From a virus (Duplodnaviria; Caudoviricetes), in IMG/VR virus record IMGVR_UViG_2597489889_000001, positions 51-64,050 of that record: DNA of 64,000 bases. One strand, written 5' to 3'. How positions within the stretch are numbered: the first letter of the stretch is position 1; the number at the start of each line of letters is the position of its first letter. Both the position numbers and the translations under genes were made by a program. The notes beneath the pieces are model-generated. The model had not been told where the DNA came from, did not search any database, and worked only from the letters and a program-made list of their open reading frames with translations. Positions 9,115-17,748 of this stretch are shown one piece after another.

Positions 9115-9338
9115 CCACCACCAACCCTCATGCCCCCCCCCAGGACGCCCGTACAGCGCCGGTAATCGTCGGTCCCTGGCCAACCTACGCCCACTTCAAG
9201 GATCTGCCAGAGCGCGAGCGCTGGAAGATGTACAGCGGCGCCAAGGCCCACCGCGAGATGCTGGAACAGGCAGGCTTCGTCATGAGTGAGAGCTACGACG
9301 ACTTCATCCGCCGTGTGACGCGGGAGTTGAACGTATGA
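9111..9338 (+). CDS. Phage hypothetical protein
   Basis: Coupled ORF, 75 aa. Confidence 0.6.
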   Translation: MTTTNPHAPPQDARTAPVIVGPWPTYAHFKDLPERERWKMYSGAKAHREMLEQAGFVMSESYDDFIRRVTRELNV

Positions 9339-10087
9339 GCATCATCCGCGCCCCTCGTCCCGAGGGTAACTTTTATCTGTTGAACAAGGCGATCAGCGAG
9401 GATCAGCGCCTGAGCTGGGCTGCCAGGGGACTGCTGGTGTTCCTGCTGGGCAAGCCTGACCACTGGGAGGTGTCCACTCACCACCTGATCGGCCAGACCA
9501 AGGACTGCCTGGGCAAGGCATCTGGTCGCGACGCCGTACGCGGCTTGATCCGCGAACTGGAGCAGGCTGGATACCTGCAAATCTTCCTTGAGCGCGCCGA
9601 GGGTGGCGAGTTCGGAGGGCGATCCTACACCGTGTCGGAATCACCGGCGACGGATTATCCGGGCCCGGTGGAACCGTCGCCGGTAAATCCCCCCCTAGTA
9701 AGTATTGAAGGTAAGCAAGGACTGAATAAAGCAGCAAGGATTGAAAAACCTATGGCGGACAAGGACATGGCCGAAGCCTTCGAAGTTTTCTGGAAGCTGT
9801 ACCCCAATAAGAAATCGAAGAAAGACGCTCGAAAGGCTTGGGAAAAACTCAAGCCAGGCGCTGAGCTTCGCCTGACCCTGATGACCGCTCTCGGCAATCA
9901 CCGGATTTCCCGCGACTGGTCCAAGGACGACGGGCAATACGTGCCGATGGCGTCTACTTGGCTGAACGGGGAGCGCTGGACTGATGAACTGGTACCGGCG
10001 TCGGCTGCAAAGGCGAACGCTTTCAACAACCTGCCCACCCACACCCCGGATATGTACCAAGGAGGCGAAGATGGCCCAGCGTTCTAA
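9335..10087 (+). CDS. Phage replication initiator (HTH N-terminus)
   Basis: LSWAARGLL..LLGKPDHW and FEVFWKLYPNKKSKKDARKAW...YVPMASTWLNGERW; precedes loader and helicase. Confidence 0.85.
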   Translation: MSIIRAPRPEGNFYLLNKAISEDQRLSWAARGLLVFLLGKPDHWEVSTHHLIGQTKDCLGKASGRDAVRGLIRELEQAGYLQIFLERAEGGEFGGRSYTVSESPATDYPGPVEPSPVNPPLVSIEGKQGLNKAARIEKPMADKDMAEAFEVFWKLYPNKKSKKDARKAWEKLKPGAELRLTLMTALGNHRISRDWSKDDGQYVPMASTWLNGERWTDELVPASAAKANAFNNLPTHTPDMYQGGEDGPAF

Positions 10088-10868
10088 TTTCCGCCGCCAG
10101 CCTGAGCAGCGCACCTTCGCCGGCGAGTGCCCGGTCCACGGCACGGTGGATCGCTCCGAGGTGGAGCAGTTCGACGGCACCCTCGCTGTCCGCCCATGCA
10201 AGCAGTGCCAGTTCCACGGCCTGCGCGTAGCGCCTCGGGGTAGCGAAGAGCATTCCCAAGCGCTGGCCAACCTGCAGGCTGAGAGCGTCAACAACGCGCT
10301 TGTGGGCTCTGGCATCACGCCACGGTTTGCCGACAGCACCTTCGCGAGCTACCGCGCCGCGACACCGGCCATGACCCTCGCGCTGGAAACGTGCCAGGGC
10401 TATGCCGAAAACTTCAGCGAGCACTTCCAGGCGGGCCGCAACCTGCTGCTGTGCGGCAACGTCGGTAACGGCAAGACGCACCTGGCCAGCGGCATCGTCC
10501 AGCAAGTCATACGCCAGCACCGGGCCGTGGCGGTGATCACCACGGCCGCCGAGATCATTCGCGTGTTCAAGCGCTCGATGGATCGCACTGCCGGTTACAC
10601 CGAGGGCGACGTGATCAACGAACTGGCGAGTTTCGACCTTCTGGTGATCGATGAGGTTGGCGCCCAAGCGGGCACCCACTACGAGCTGTCGGTCCTGCAT
10701 GAGGTGCTGGATCGGCGTTACAACCTGATCCGCCCCACGGTGGTGGTGTCGAATCTCAACGCCCAGGGCCTGAGCCAGTACATCGGCGAGCGAGCCCTCG
10801 ACCGCCTGCGCGAGAACAAGGCGCTGCTGGTCGGGTTCACCTGGGAATCTGCAAGGGGGCGCGCATGA
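10071..10868 (+). CDS. DnaC/IstB-like AAA+ helicase loader
   Basis: Walker A GNVGNGKT, Walker B LLVIDEVG, VSNL...GERALDRL. Confidence 0.9.
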   Translation: MAQRSNFRRQPEQRTFAGECPVHGTVDRSEVEQFDGTLAVRPCKQCQFHGLRVAPRGSEEHSQALANLQAESVNNALVGSGITPRFADSTFASYRAATPAMTLALETCQGYAENFSEHFQAGRNLLLCGNVGNGKTHLASGIVQQVIRQHRAVAVITTAAEIIRVFKRSMDRTAGYTEGDVINELASFDLLVIDEVGAQAGTHYELSVLHEVLDRRYNLIRPTVVVSNLNAQGLSQYIGERALDRLRENKALLVGFTWESARGRA

Positions 10869-12247
10869 ACGACTATCGCGAGCTGTACAGCGACGAGGCG
10901 GAACACGCGCTGCTCGGCGCTCTGATGCTGGATGGCGAGCTGTTTGACTCGATCACTGCCAGCGTTACCACGGCGGACTTCCACGATCCGGAAAACGCGG
11001 CGCTGTTCCAGGTGATGACTGAACTGCACGCCACCGGCGAGCCGGTAGACCCCGTCACCCTCCATAACTTCAAGCCGGTACTTCCGAGTGGCGGCACAAC
11101 CATCGCCTACGCTGCGGAACTGGCTAAGAACACGCCCAGCACCGCCAACTGGAAGGCATATGCCCGAACAGTGACCGAGCGGGCGGTACTCCGGCGCCTG
11201 GTTGACGCCGCTGATGCGGTACGCGATTCGGCAAACGAAAATCGTCCGGTGGCGGAGATTATCGCCAGCGCGCAGCAAGCCATGGCGGATCTGCGCGACC
11301 TGGATACTGGTGAGCCTGACTACAAGCGAATCGACGAGGTTGTCAGTCGCAACATCGACATCATCGACGCCAAGTACAACGGGAGCGTGCAGTCGGGGCT
11401 TTCCACCGGCCTGGTCGACCTGGACAAGCTGATCCGTGGACTGCGCAAAAAAACCGTGACGATCGTTGCCGGTCTCCCTGGCAGCGGCAAGACAACGCTC
11501 GGCCTGCAGATCGCCCAGCATATCGCTTGCACCGGCCTTGGTGTCGGCATGGTGTTCTCGTTGGAGATGCCTGAGGAGGAGTTGGCCAATCGCGCGCTGG
11601 CATCACTTGGCAGCATAGACCTGCAGCTGCTCGACAACGGAAAGCTGGAGGACGACGACTGGCCGCGGCTGACGTCCGCCGTCAACAAGATCATGGACAA
11701 GCCCCTCTACGTCAGTGACAAATCGGGCCTGACCGTGCCGCGCATCCGTAGCATCTGCCGACAGGTCAAGCGCAAGCACGGTCTCGACGTGGTGGTTATC
11801 GACTACATCGGCCTGATCGGCTCCGACGGCAAGGCGTTTAATCGCACCTCTGAGCTCGGGAAGATATCGACCGGCATTGTGAATATCGCCAAGGAACTCG
11901 AGGTGCCCGTGATCCTGCTGGCGCAGCTCAATCGCGACTCAACGAAGCGTCCGGGCAAGAAGCCGATCGCCTCCGACCTGCGCGACTCCGGCCAGATCGA
12001 GGCTGACGCTCACTGCATCATCCTGGTCCACCGCGACATGGACAGCGAGGAGGGCCAGAACGGAGCGACAGAGCTGCTTATGCCCAAGTGCAGGCACGCA
12101 CCGGTGGGCTCATGCATCGTTCAGCAGCAGGGCAAGTTCGCCAGGTTCGTGAACTTCGCTGGGCGGGAGCCCACCCAGGAAGAGGTGGAGATCAGCCGGC
12201 CCTTCGCCAGCCAGTACAAGGGGAGGAAGAGCAATGAGAAGTTTTAG
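10865..12247 (+). CDS. dnaB: Phage-encoded DnaB-like replicative helicase
   Basis: GLPGSGKT, FSLEM, VVIDYIGLI, LAQLNR, DLRDSGQIEADA. Confidence 0.95.
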   Translation: MNDYRELYSDEAEHALLGALMLDGELFDSITASVTTADFHDPENAALFQVMTELHATGEPVDPVTLHNFKPVLPSGGTTIAYAAELAKNTPSTANWKAYARTVTERAVLRRLVDAADAVRDSANENRPVAEIIASAQQAMADLRDLDTGEPDYKRIDEVVSRNIDIIDAKYNGSVQSGLSTGLVDLDKLIRGLRKKTVTIVAGLPGSGKTTLGLQIAQHIACTGLGVGMVFSLEMPEEELANRALASLGSIDLQLLDNGKLEDDDWPRLTSAVNKIMDKPLYVSDKSGLTVPRIRSICRQVKRKHGLDVVVIDYIGLIGSDGKAFNRTSELGKISTGIVNIAKELEVPVILLAQLNRDSTKRPGKKPIASDLRDSGQIEADAHCIILVHRDMDSEEGQNGATELLMPKCRHAPVGSCIVQQQGKFARFVNFAGREPTQEEVEISRPFASQYKGRKSNEKF

Positions 12248-12827
12248 GCTGCTGGATCGCCTGTTAGGCCGGCGAAACGAACAATTCGTACCCGGCGAAT
12301 GCTTGGGTGCGCTGAATGCTTCGATGAAGACGGGCCAGGTCTGGATCGTCCCGGAGGGTGCCGTCGTTGTCCCGTCACCGCCAGAGCCGAAGTACCCGGA
12401 AGCCGAGCGAATCGCTGCGTCGATTCGGGATTTCCCCGAAGACTGGTGCTGGGCGCGCAAAGGCTATGACCTGATCCACATTCCCAGCGGGTTCAGGTTG
12501 TGGGTAGCCAACGAGGACTATGGGCTGGCCGAGGTCCACCCTAATAATGGGAAGACGAACTTCACAAAGCCTGAGCAGGCAATCATCTGGCCGGCGGTGG
12601 CCGATTGGCTTGGGCACCGCAAGGTTGGGTTCACTGGACGACTGCCCAAGGTGCACATCCACTTCGCCAACGGGCATTGGTGGTGCTTGGGCGAGGGGCA
12701 CCCCTGGGCGGGCGCCGGCGATTCGCCGGCCAGCGCTTATCGATCTTGGTCGCGCGCGGTATCAATCCAGGCTCGCACCTACACGACCCCCAACGAAGTT
12801 CTGCACGTATGGAGTGCCGCACGATGA
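12234..12827 (+). CDS. Phage hypothetical protein
   Basis: 197 aa ORF overlapping the dnaB stop. Confidence 0.6.
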   Translation: MRSFRLLDRLLGRRNEQFVPGECLGALNASMKTGQVWIVPEGAVVVPSPPEPKYPEAERIAASIRDFPEDWCWARKGYDLIHIPSGFRLWVANEDYGLAEVHPNNGKTNFTKPEQAIIWPAVADWLGHRKVGFTGRLPKVHIHFANGHWWCLGEGHPWAGAGDSPASAYRSWSRAVSIQARTYTTPNEVLHVWSAAR

Positions 12828-13108
12828 ATACAGTAACTGCGGCCTTGCCGCGCAAGAGCCTGACCTCTGACGAACGAGACTTTCTCAAGCAGGGCAACCG
12901 GCTGCTGCTCGACAAGCCGAATGGGCGCATCGCCGCCGCCGCCCTGATGGACCTGGTCGCCGACTGGGGCAACCATCGTGGCAGCCTTGGCTTCCAGGAC
13001 TACGCCCGCCGATGGATCACCGAAGGGCACGCAAAGAACAAAATCGCCGACAAGATGCTCCGTGAGCTATTTGGCCTGAACGAACCGACACCGAGGAAAG
13101 CGGCATGA
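12824..13108 (+). CDS. Phage hypothetical protein
   Basis: ATGA-coupled start MNTVTAALPRKSLT. Confidence 0.65.
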   Translation: MNTVTAALPRKSLTSDERDFLKQGNRLLLDKPNGRIAAAALMDLVADWGNHRGSLGFQDYARRWITEGHAKNKIADKMLRELFGLNEPTPRKAA

Positions 13109-13488
13109 ATACAAGAAAACCATCGCGTCTGCCGCTGGGCGATACCGAGTACATGCTTGAGCAATGGGGCTTCTGGCGCATGGATGGCATGGGCGTGCCG
13201 AGCTATGTGTCACCGTCCTGGGCGATCATGCGGGACATGGTCCCATCGACGAGCAAGTCCTACGTCATCACCGACGAACTGGCCAGTGTTGTTGATGGAG
13301 CTGTCGCCAGGCTTTGCAAGCGTGCGCCAGAGATGGGCGACTTCATTTGGCTCTACTACGGAGCCAAGTGGCCAGCCAAGCGGATCGGCAACAAGTACGA
13401 AATGAGCGAGGCGAAGGCCCGGGAGATTATCAAGACGGGCGTGGGATGGATCGATTGTTCTCTGGAGCGATTGATAGAAGCCGCATAA
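13105..13488 (+). CDS. Antiterminator Q-family protein
   Basis: LEQWGFW...ITDELASVVDGAVARL...GVGWID; last early gene before a pR'-like promoter and terminator. Confidence 0.8.
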   Translation: MNTRKPSRLPLGDTEYMLEQWGFWRMDGMGVPSYVSPSWAIMRDMVPSTSKSYVITDELASVVDGAVARLCKRAPEMGDFIWLYYGAKWPAKRIGNKYEMSEAKAREIIKTGVGWIDCSLERLIEAA

Positions 13489-13492
13489 AAAA

Positions 13493-13522
13493 CTTGCACA
13501 CGCGGAATAGCCCTGTTTTCAT
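13493..13522 (+). promoter_or_regulatory. Candidate late promoter pR'
   Basis: TTGCAC-17 bp-TTTCAT right after Q. Confidence 0.45.
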
Positions 13523-13560
13523 GGCACCGTGTTCAGCTTTACAAGCGCGACACCACAGAG

Positions 13561-13590
13561 AAAGCCCAGCCCACGCGCTGGGCTTTTTTT
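13561..13590 (+). terminator. tR'-like intrinsic terminator
   Basis: AAAGCCCAGC-ccacgc-GCTGGGCTTTTTTT. Confidence 0.8.
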
Positions 13591-13771
13591 ATGCCCAGAA
13601 TTTATGCGAGAGCGTGGAGCCATAGCCAGGATGGGCCTTCGGGCGGGCCTGGACGCGGTATCGCCGGTAGTCACGCGTTACGAAAGAACACCGGCAGCTT
13701 GAGCAGCTAATTCTGTGTGCTATTGGGGCTGGCTCAAGCGGACAGGCGTGGAGAGACACGCAAACCTATTT

Positions 13772-13800
13772 CGAGGCTCGCCATATTGGCGGGCCTTTTT
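13772..13800 (+). terminator. Second late-leader terminator
   Basis: GGCTCGCCA-tat-TGGCGGGCC-TTTTT. Confidence 0.7.
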
Positions 13801-13816
13801 CATTGAGGCACAGCAA

Positions 13817-14707
13817 ATGTCCGATCCTGAACTCCAATCCGTTCGCGCTCAGTTCTATGCACTCAGCGCCCAGATCCAGACCGAGTCGGTTGCGCGAGTG
13901 GCGGCGGACGCGGCATTGGCAGCGCGGATCGACTCAGTTGAAACAGCGCGCGTCGGTGATATCCAGAGCGCCAACTACGTGCCGGGCGCTTCCGGCTGGA
14001 AGCTGGAACAAGACGGTACCTTCGAGATCAACTCTTGCATCCTCGGTAGCGCTGCCAAAGCGCCTGAGCGCCAGATGGTGTCGGTCGAGGTGGCCAGCTG
14101 GAGCAAGTACGACTTGCCCAAGAATGCCGCCAACCTGCTCCAGTTCATGCAGGCCGAGCTGCAAAAGGTACCAGAGCAGTATCGCCACGCCGCCGAGTTC
14201 GAAGAGTTCGACGCGAGCTACGGCGATGAATCCTTCAATGCTCGCCTGTTTTTGAGCTACTCACGGCTCGAAACCGAGGAAGAGCTAGCTGATCGTCTGG
14301 AGAAGGCGAAGGTCGCCGGCACGCGCGTCAGCATCAAGAATGGTGAAATGATCGTTACGCATGACGGTGTTGTGCGGTTCAAGATCGGCAATCCGGATCA
14401 GCCAGAGCCTGAGAAACCCCAGCCCTTCAAGGTTGATGGCGATCAGGTCTACATCAACGAGGCCTTCATCGAGGATGCAGTGCTCGACAGCAAGCTCGCC
14501 GCCAGCTGGTCGGTGAATACGCAGGTCCTGGCCAACGGGCAGTACTACTCAGCCGGCGTTGGCCTGGGCCTGCCTTCGCGGTTCGTTGTGTCGGCTGATC
14601 GCTTCGGTGTGACCAGGGACGGACAGACCGATCTTGAGCGGGCTATCGCCAGTGGTGATGCCATCAAGATCCTCAAAGTGTTGGCTGGCAATATCGGCGA
14701 GACCTAG
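13817..14707 (+). CDS. Protein built from J/DUF1983-like tail-tip segments in rearranged order; frame stays open past the TAG to 14824
   Basis: Segments IQSANYVPGASGWKL, PFKVDGDQVYINEAFI and ASWSVNTQV...SADRFGV match this window's two J proteins. Confidence 0.75.
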   Translation: MSDPELQSVRAQFYALSAQIQTESVARVAADAALAARIDSVETARVGDIQSANYVPGASGWKLEQDGTFEINSCILGSAAKAPERQMVSVEVASWSKYDLPKNAANLLQFMQAELQKVPEQYRHAAEFEEFDASYGDESFNARLFLSYSRLETEEELADRLEKAKVAGTRVSIKNGEMIVTHDGVVRFKIGNPDQPEPEKPQPFKVDGDQVYINEAFIEDAVLDSKLAASWSVNTQVLANGQYYSAGVGLGLPSRFVVSADRFGVTRDGQTDLERAIASGDAIKILKVLAGNIGET

Positions 14708-14860
14708 CTTGACCAAGAGCTGAAAGAGCAGGTTGACCTACTGGGTTCGAATCTCGCCGACCAGGTCAAAGCGGTGATCCGCCGCGAGCTCATGCCGGGC
14801 GGCCTGCTTCACCGCTCCCGCTAATCCATTCCTTCACTCCCTCACCGGGAGGATACCGAG

Positions 14861-15187
14861 ATGAACCCAATGCCAGAGAAAACCCCCGACTTCTGGGCGC
14901 AAGTCTGGCTGGTCCTCTCGAACCCACTGTGGCAGGGCGCAATCATGGCCTTCACGATCACATTGTTGCGCGTGCTGTACGACGCCAAAGAGCCGAACTA
15001 CTGGCGAACCTTGTTCGAAGCGCTGCTGTGCGGGGCCTTGAGCCTATCCGCCAGCAGCATCATCGAGTGGATGGAGTGGCCGCCAAGCCTTTCAGTGGCT
15101 GCCGGTGGCGCTATTGGCTTCATCGGCGTGACAGCGATCCGCGACCTGATCATCAGGTTCCTGGGCAGAAAGGCGGACTCAGCATGA
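14861..15187 (+). CDS. Lambda-family holin
   Basis: Three hydrophobic segments; EALLCGALSL and GGAIGFIGVTAIRDL; RBS GGAGG. Confidence 0.85.
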   Translation: MNPMPEKTPDFWAQVWLVLSNPLWQGAIMAFTITLLRVLYDAKEPNYWRTLFEALLCGALSLSASSIIEWMEWPPSLSVAAGGAIGFIGVTAIRDLIIRFLGRKADSA

Positions 15188-15570
15188 AGGCGATAGCAGT
15201 GGCAATCATCGTCGCCCTGGTTGGCCTGTTGCTCGTCGGCATCCAGCAGATGCGTGTTGAGGATCTGCGAAACGAAAAGCTCGTTGAGACCCAGGCCAAG
15301 GACGAGGCGGTCAAGGCCAACACGGAGAGCCAGGCCACAATCACAACCCTTCGGGCCGAGGCCCAGCGCAACGCCGCTTACACCGCCGATCTGGCCAAGC
15401 GCATCAAGGCCAGCGAGAAGAAAGCCGAGAAGGCGAGGAAAGACTTTGAAGAACTCAAGCGCAACAGCAAGCCTGTTCGTGACTGGGCTGCTCAGCCTCT
15501 TCCTGACGGCCTGCGCGGCAAAGCCGGCGGTAGTAACAAAGACCCAGGCCGTAAGACTGGAGGCCCCTGA
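15184..15570 (+). CDS. Inner-membrane spanin (Rz/LysB-like)
   Basis: N-terminal TM followed by coiled coil; C-terminal PVRDWAAQPLPD. Confidence 0.8.
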   Translation: MKAIAVAIIVALVGLLLVGIQQMRVEDLRNEKLVETQAKDEAVKANTESQATITTLRAEAQRNAAYTADLAKRIKASEKKAEKARKDFEELKRNSKPVRDWAAQPLPDGLRGKAGGSNKDPGRKTGGP

Positions 15571-15718
15571 GCTGATCCCATGTGAGCGGGTCGACCAGGA
15601 AGACGCCGACCTTCACTTCAACGGCGACGTTTGGGAGCTGAAGGACAAGGCCATCAAGCTGCTCGATACGTGCGCTGACCAGGTCGACGCCCAGATCGTC
15701 CGCAGCCAGAGCAAGTAA
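15446..15718 (+). CDS. Outer-membrane spanin lipoprotein (Rz1/LysC-like); start approximate
   Basis: Overlaps the Rz 3' end; lipobox LFLTA-C; TTG start candidate. Confidence 0.7.
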   Translation: MKNSSATASLFVTGLLSLFLTACAAKPAVVTKTQAVRLEAPELIPCERVDQEDADLHFNGDVWELKDKAIKLLDTCADQVDAQIVRSQSK

Positions 15719-15772
15719 TCCGCGCCACGTTTTCGAATGCGCCAAATCGTGGCGCGCGACAAGGACCACACC

Positions 15773-15949
15773 ATGAGCACAGTAAGCGCCGAGTACTACC
15801 AGATCAAAGGCATGGTCAGTGATATGCCAGCCGATGAGCAGGCCGAGGTCGCACGTGTTGAGGCGTTGGTAGTTGAGCTGGCCAAGTCATCCCAGGCTGC
15901 CGCGCTCGGCGTGATCCTAGGCTCGATCAAGCTTTCACTGGAAGGGTGA
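15773..15949 (+). CDS. Small phage hypothetical protein
   Basis: RBS AAGGA; MSTVSAEYYQIKG. Confidence 0.6.
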   Translation: MSTVSAEYYQIKGMVSDMPADEQAEVARVEALVVELAKSSQAAALGVILGSIKLSLEG

Positions 15950-16281
15950 TGGCTCGAATCAAGACCTTGGGCAATAGGGTCAGTACTCAAGGCAACAGGC
16001 TGGCAACTGCTGCTCCAGGCTCATGGCGTACCGGCAAGACCACGTCCAGTCAGCGTGGCTACAACTACGAATGGCAGAAGGCTCGGCTGGTCCACCTCAA
16101 TGACAACCCGCTCTGTGTGTACTGCGATCGCGAGGGAAGGGTGACAGCGGCCAACACGGTTGACCACGTCATCCCTCATCGAGGCGACATGACGCTGTTC
16201 TGGGACCGGACCAACTGGATGAGCCTGTGCGGCACCTGCCACTCCTCGAAGAAGCAGCGCGAGGAAGCGCAGGGCGCCTGA
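15946..16281 (+). CDS. HNH endonuclease (packaging-associated, HK97 gp74-like)
   Basis: PLCVYC...VDHVIPHRGD..LFWD..NWMSLCGTCHS. Confidence 0.9.
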   Translation: MMARIKTLGNRVSTQGNRLATAAPGSWRTGKTTSSQRGYNYEWQKARLVHLNDNPLCVYCDREGRVTAANTVDHVIPHRGDMTLFWDRTNWMSLCGTCHSSKKQREEAQGA

Positions 16282-16329
16282 GTCGATCTGTAGCACGTCA
16301 CTCGCACCGTGAAGCACGCCAACTCCCCG

Positions 16330-16420
16330 GCCTGAGACCCGGGGGCGGTCAAAATATGGGGATCGACTTTTCCCCAGACCACTCCCCCTCTCACGCGCGA
16401 TTTTTTTCCCCTTTTTAAAG
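16330..16420. other. Candidate cos/packaging region
   Basis: CCGGGGGCGGTCAAAA...CCCCCTCTCACGCGCGATTTTTTTCCCC between HNH and terS, the usual cos position in HK97-like phages. Confidence 0.5.
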
Positions 16421-16429
16421 GTTTTGTTA

Positions 16430-16681
16430 ATGGCGTTAACAAACAAAAAACGCCGTTTTGTCGAATCAAAGGCTGATGGGGCCTCGAATCGCGAAGCGGC
16501 GGAGGCCGCTGGATACGCGGCCGCTAGCGCTTCGGCGGCTGGATCGAGGCTTGCCAAAGATCCTGATGTTGTTGCCGCTCTGGAGAAGTTAAAGGCCGGT
16601 CGGAATGTTAAAGGCTCGTCAGTTGCGCCAGTCCGCCAAGATGCTCCTGGAGGCAACAGGCGGTTTGACGTCGCGACCTGA
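16430..16681 (+). pseudogene. Terminase small subunit, N-terminal HTH only; runs out of frame into terL sequence
   Basis: LTNKKRRFV...AAEAAGYAAASASAAGSRLAKDPDV, then unrelated tail ending at 16681. Confidence 0.8.
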
Positions 16682-17741
16682 AGGCTTCGTCTTCTACTGC
16701 ACCACACAATCGGATGAGCCACCAGCGGGAGTGTTCAAGGCGAAACTCGACTACGCCCGTAATGTTCGCGACGGAAAAATAACGGACCTCCGCTTTCTTC
16801 CGGTGATTTACGAATTCCCGAAGGAAATGATTAAGCGGGGCGATCACCGCGACTTGGCAAACGCGCACGTCACCAACCCAAACTGGGGGCTTTCCGTCGA
16901 CCAGCAGGTTATCGAGCAGAAGTATCAGGAAGCCCAAGCAGAGGGTGAGGGCGCGGTTCGAGGATTTCTCGCAAAGCACCTAAACGTGGAGATTGGGCTT
17001 GATCTGCGTTCCGATCGTTGGGCTGGCGCTGAGTTTTGGGAGGTTCAGGCGGCGCCAGGGGGCCTGACCTTCGAGCAACTGATTGACCGCTCAGAGGTTG
17101 TCGACATCGGCATTGACGGCGGCGGCCTCGACGACTTGCTCGGCTTCGCCGCCGCCGGCCGCGACAAGCTCACTCGGCAATGGCTTCTCTGGACCCATGC
17201 CTGGGCTCACCCGTCCGTCCTGGAGCGTCGCAAAAGTGAAGCGTCCCGATTTCTAGACTTCGCCGGAAATGGTGATTTGACCTTGGTCGAGACCATCGGT
17301 GACGACGTGCAGGACGTCGCTGAGCTGGTGGCCAGAGTCGAGGCTGCCGGTTTGCTCGACAAGGTCGGAGTCGACCCCTCCGGTATCGGCGCAATTCTTG
17401 ACGCCCTCGCCGAGGCCGGTATTCCGGAAGAGAAGATCATCGGCATCAGCCAAGGCTGGAAGCTGAACGGTGCAATCAAGACCACTGAGCGAAAGCTCGC
17501 CGAGGGCGGCCTGGTCCATGGAGGCCAACCAATGATGGCCTGGTGCTGCGGCAATGCGCGGGTGGTACCAGCCGGAAACGCCATTTTGATCACCAAGCAG
17601 GCGTCGGGCCTGGCGAAGATCGACCCGTTGATGGCGGCCTTCAATGCCATCTCGCTGCTGTCGCTCAATCCTCAAGCCCAAAGCGGGCTCGACAATTACC
17701 TGGCTGATGGGTTCTTCGGACTCATCGGCTCGAACTCATAG
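16630..17741 (+). pseudogene. Terminase large subunit lacking the N-terminal ATPase
   Basis: Begins at MLLEATGGLTSRPEGFVFYCTTQSD; nuclease motifs GIDGGGLDDL and KIDPLMA; no Walker A/B. Confidence 0.85.
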
Positions 17742-17748
17742 GCTGAAT

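Noticed and set aside
13606-13770. tRNA or a known self-cleaving ribozyme in the late leader
   Set aside because: No cloverleaf/T-loop and no hammerhead CUGANGA core seen; kept only as an unclassified structured RNA candidate
14861-14872. Holin dual start Met-Asn-Pro-Met as a holin/antiholin pair
   Set aside because: No basic residue between the starts (lambda S107 has Lys) and only the first ATG is well spaced from GGAGG
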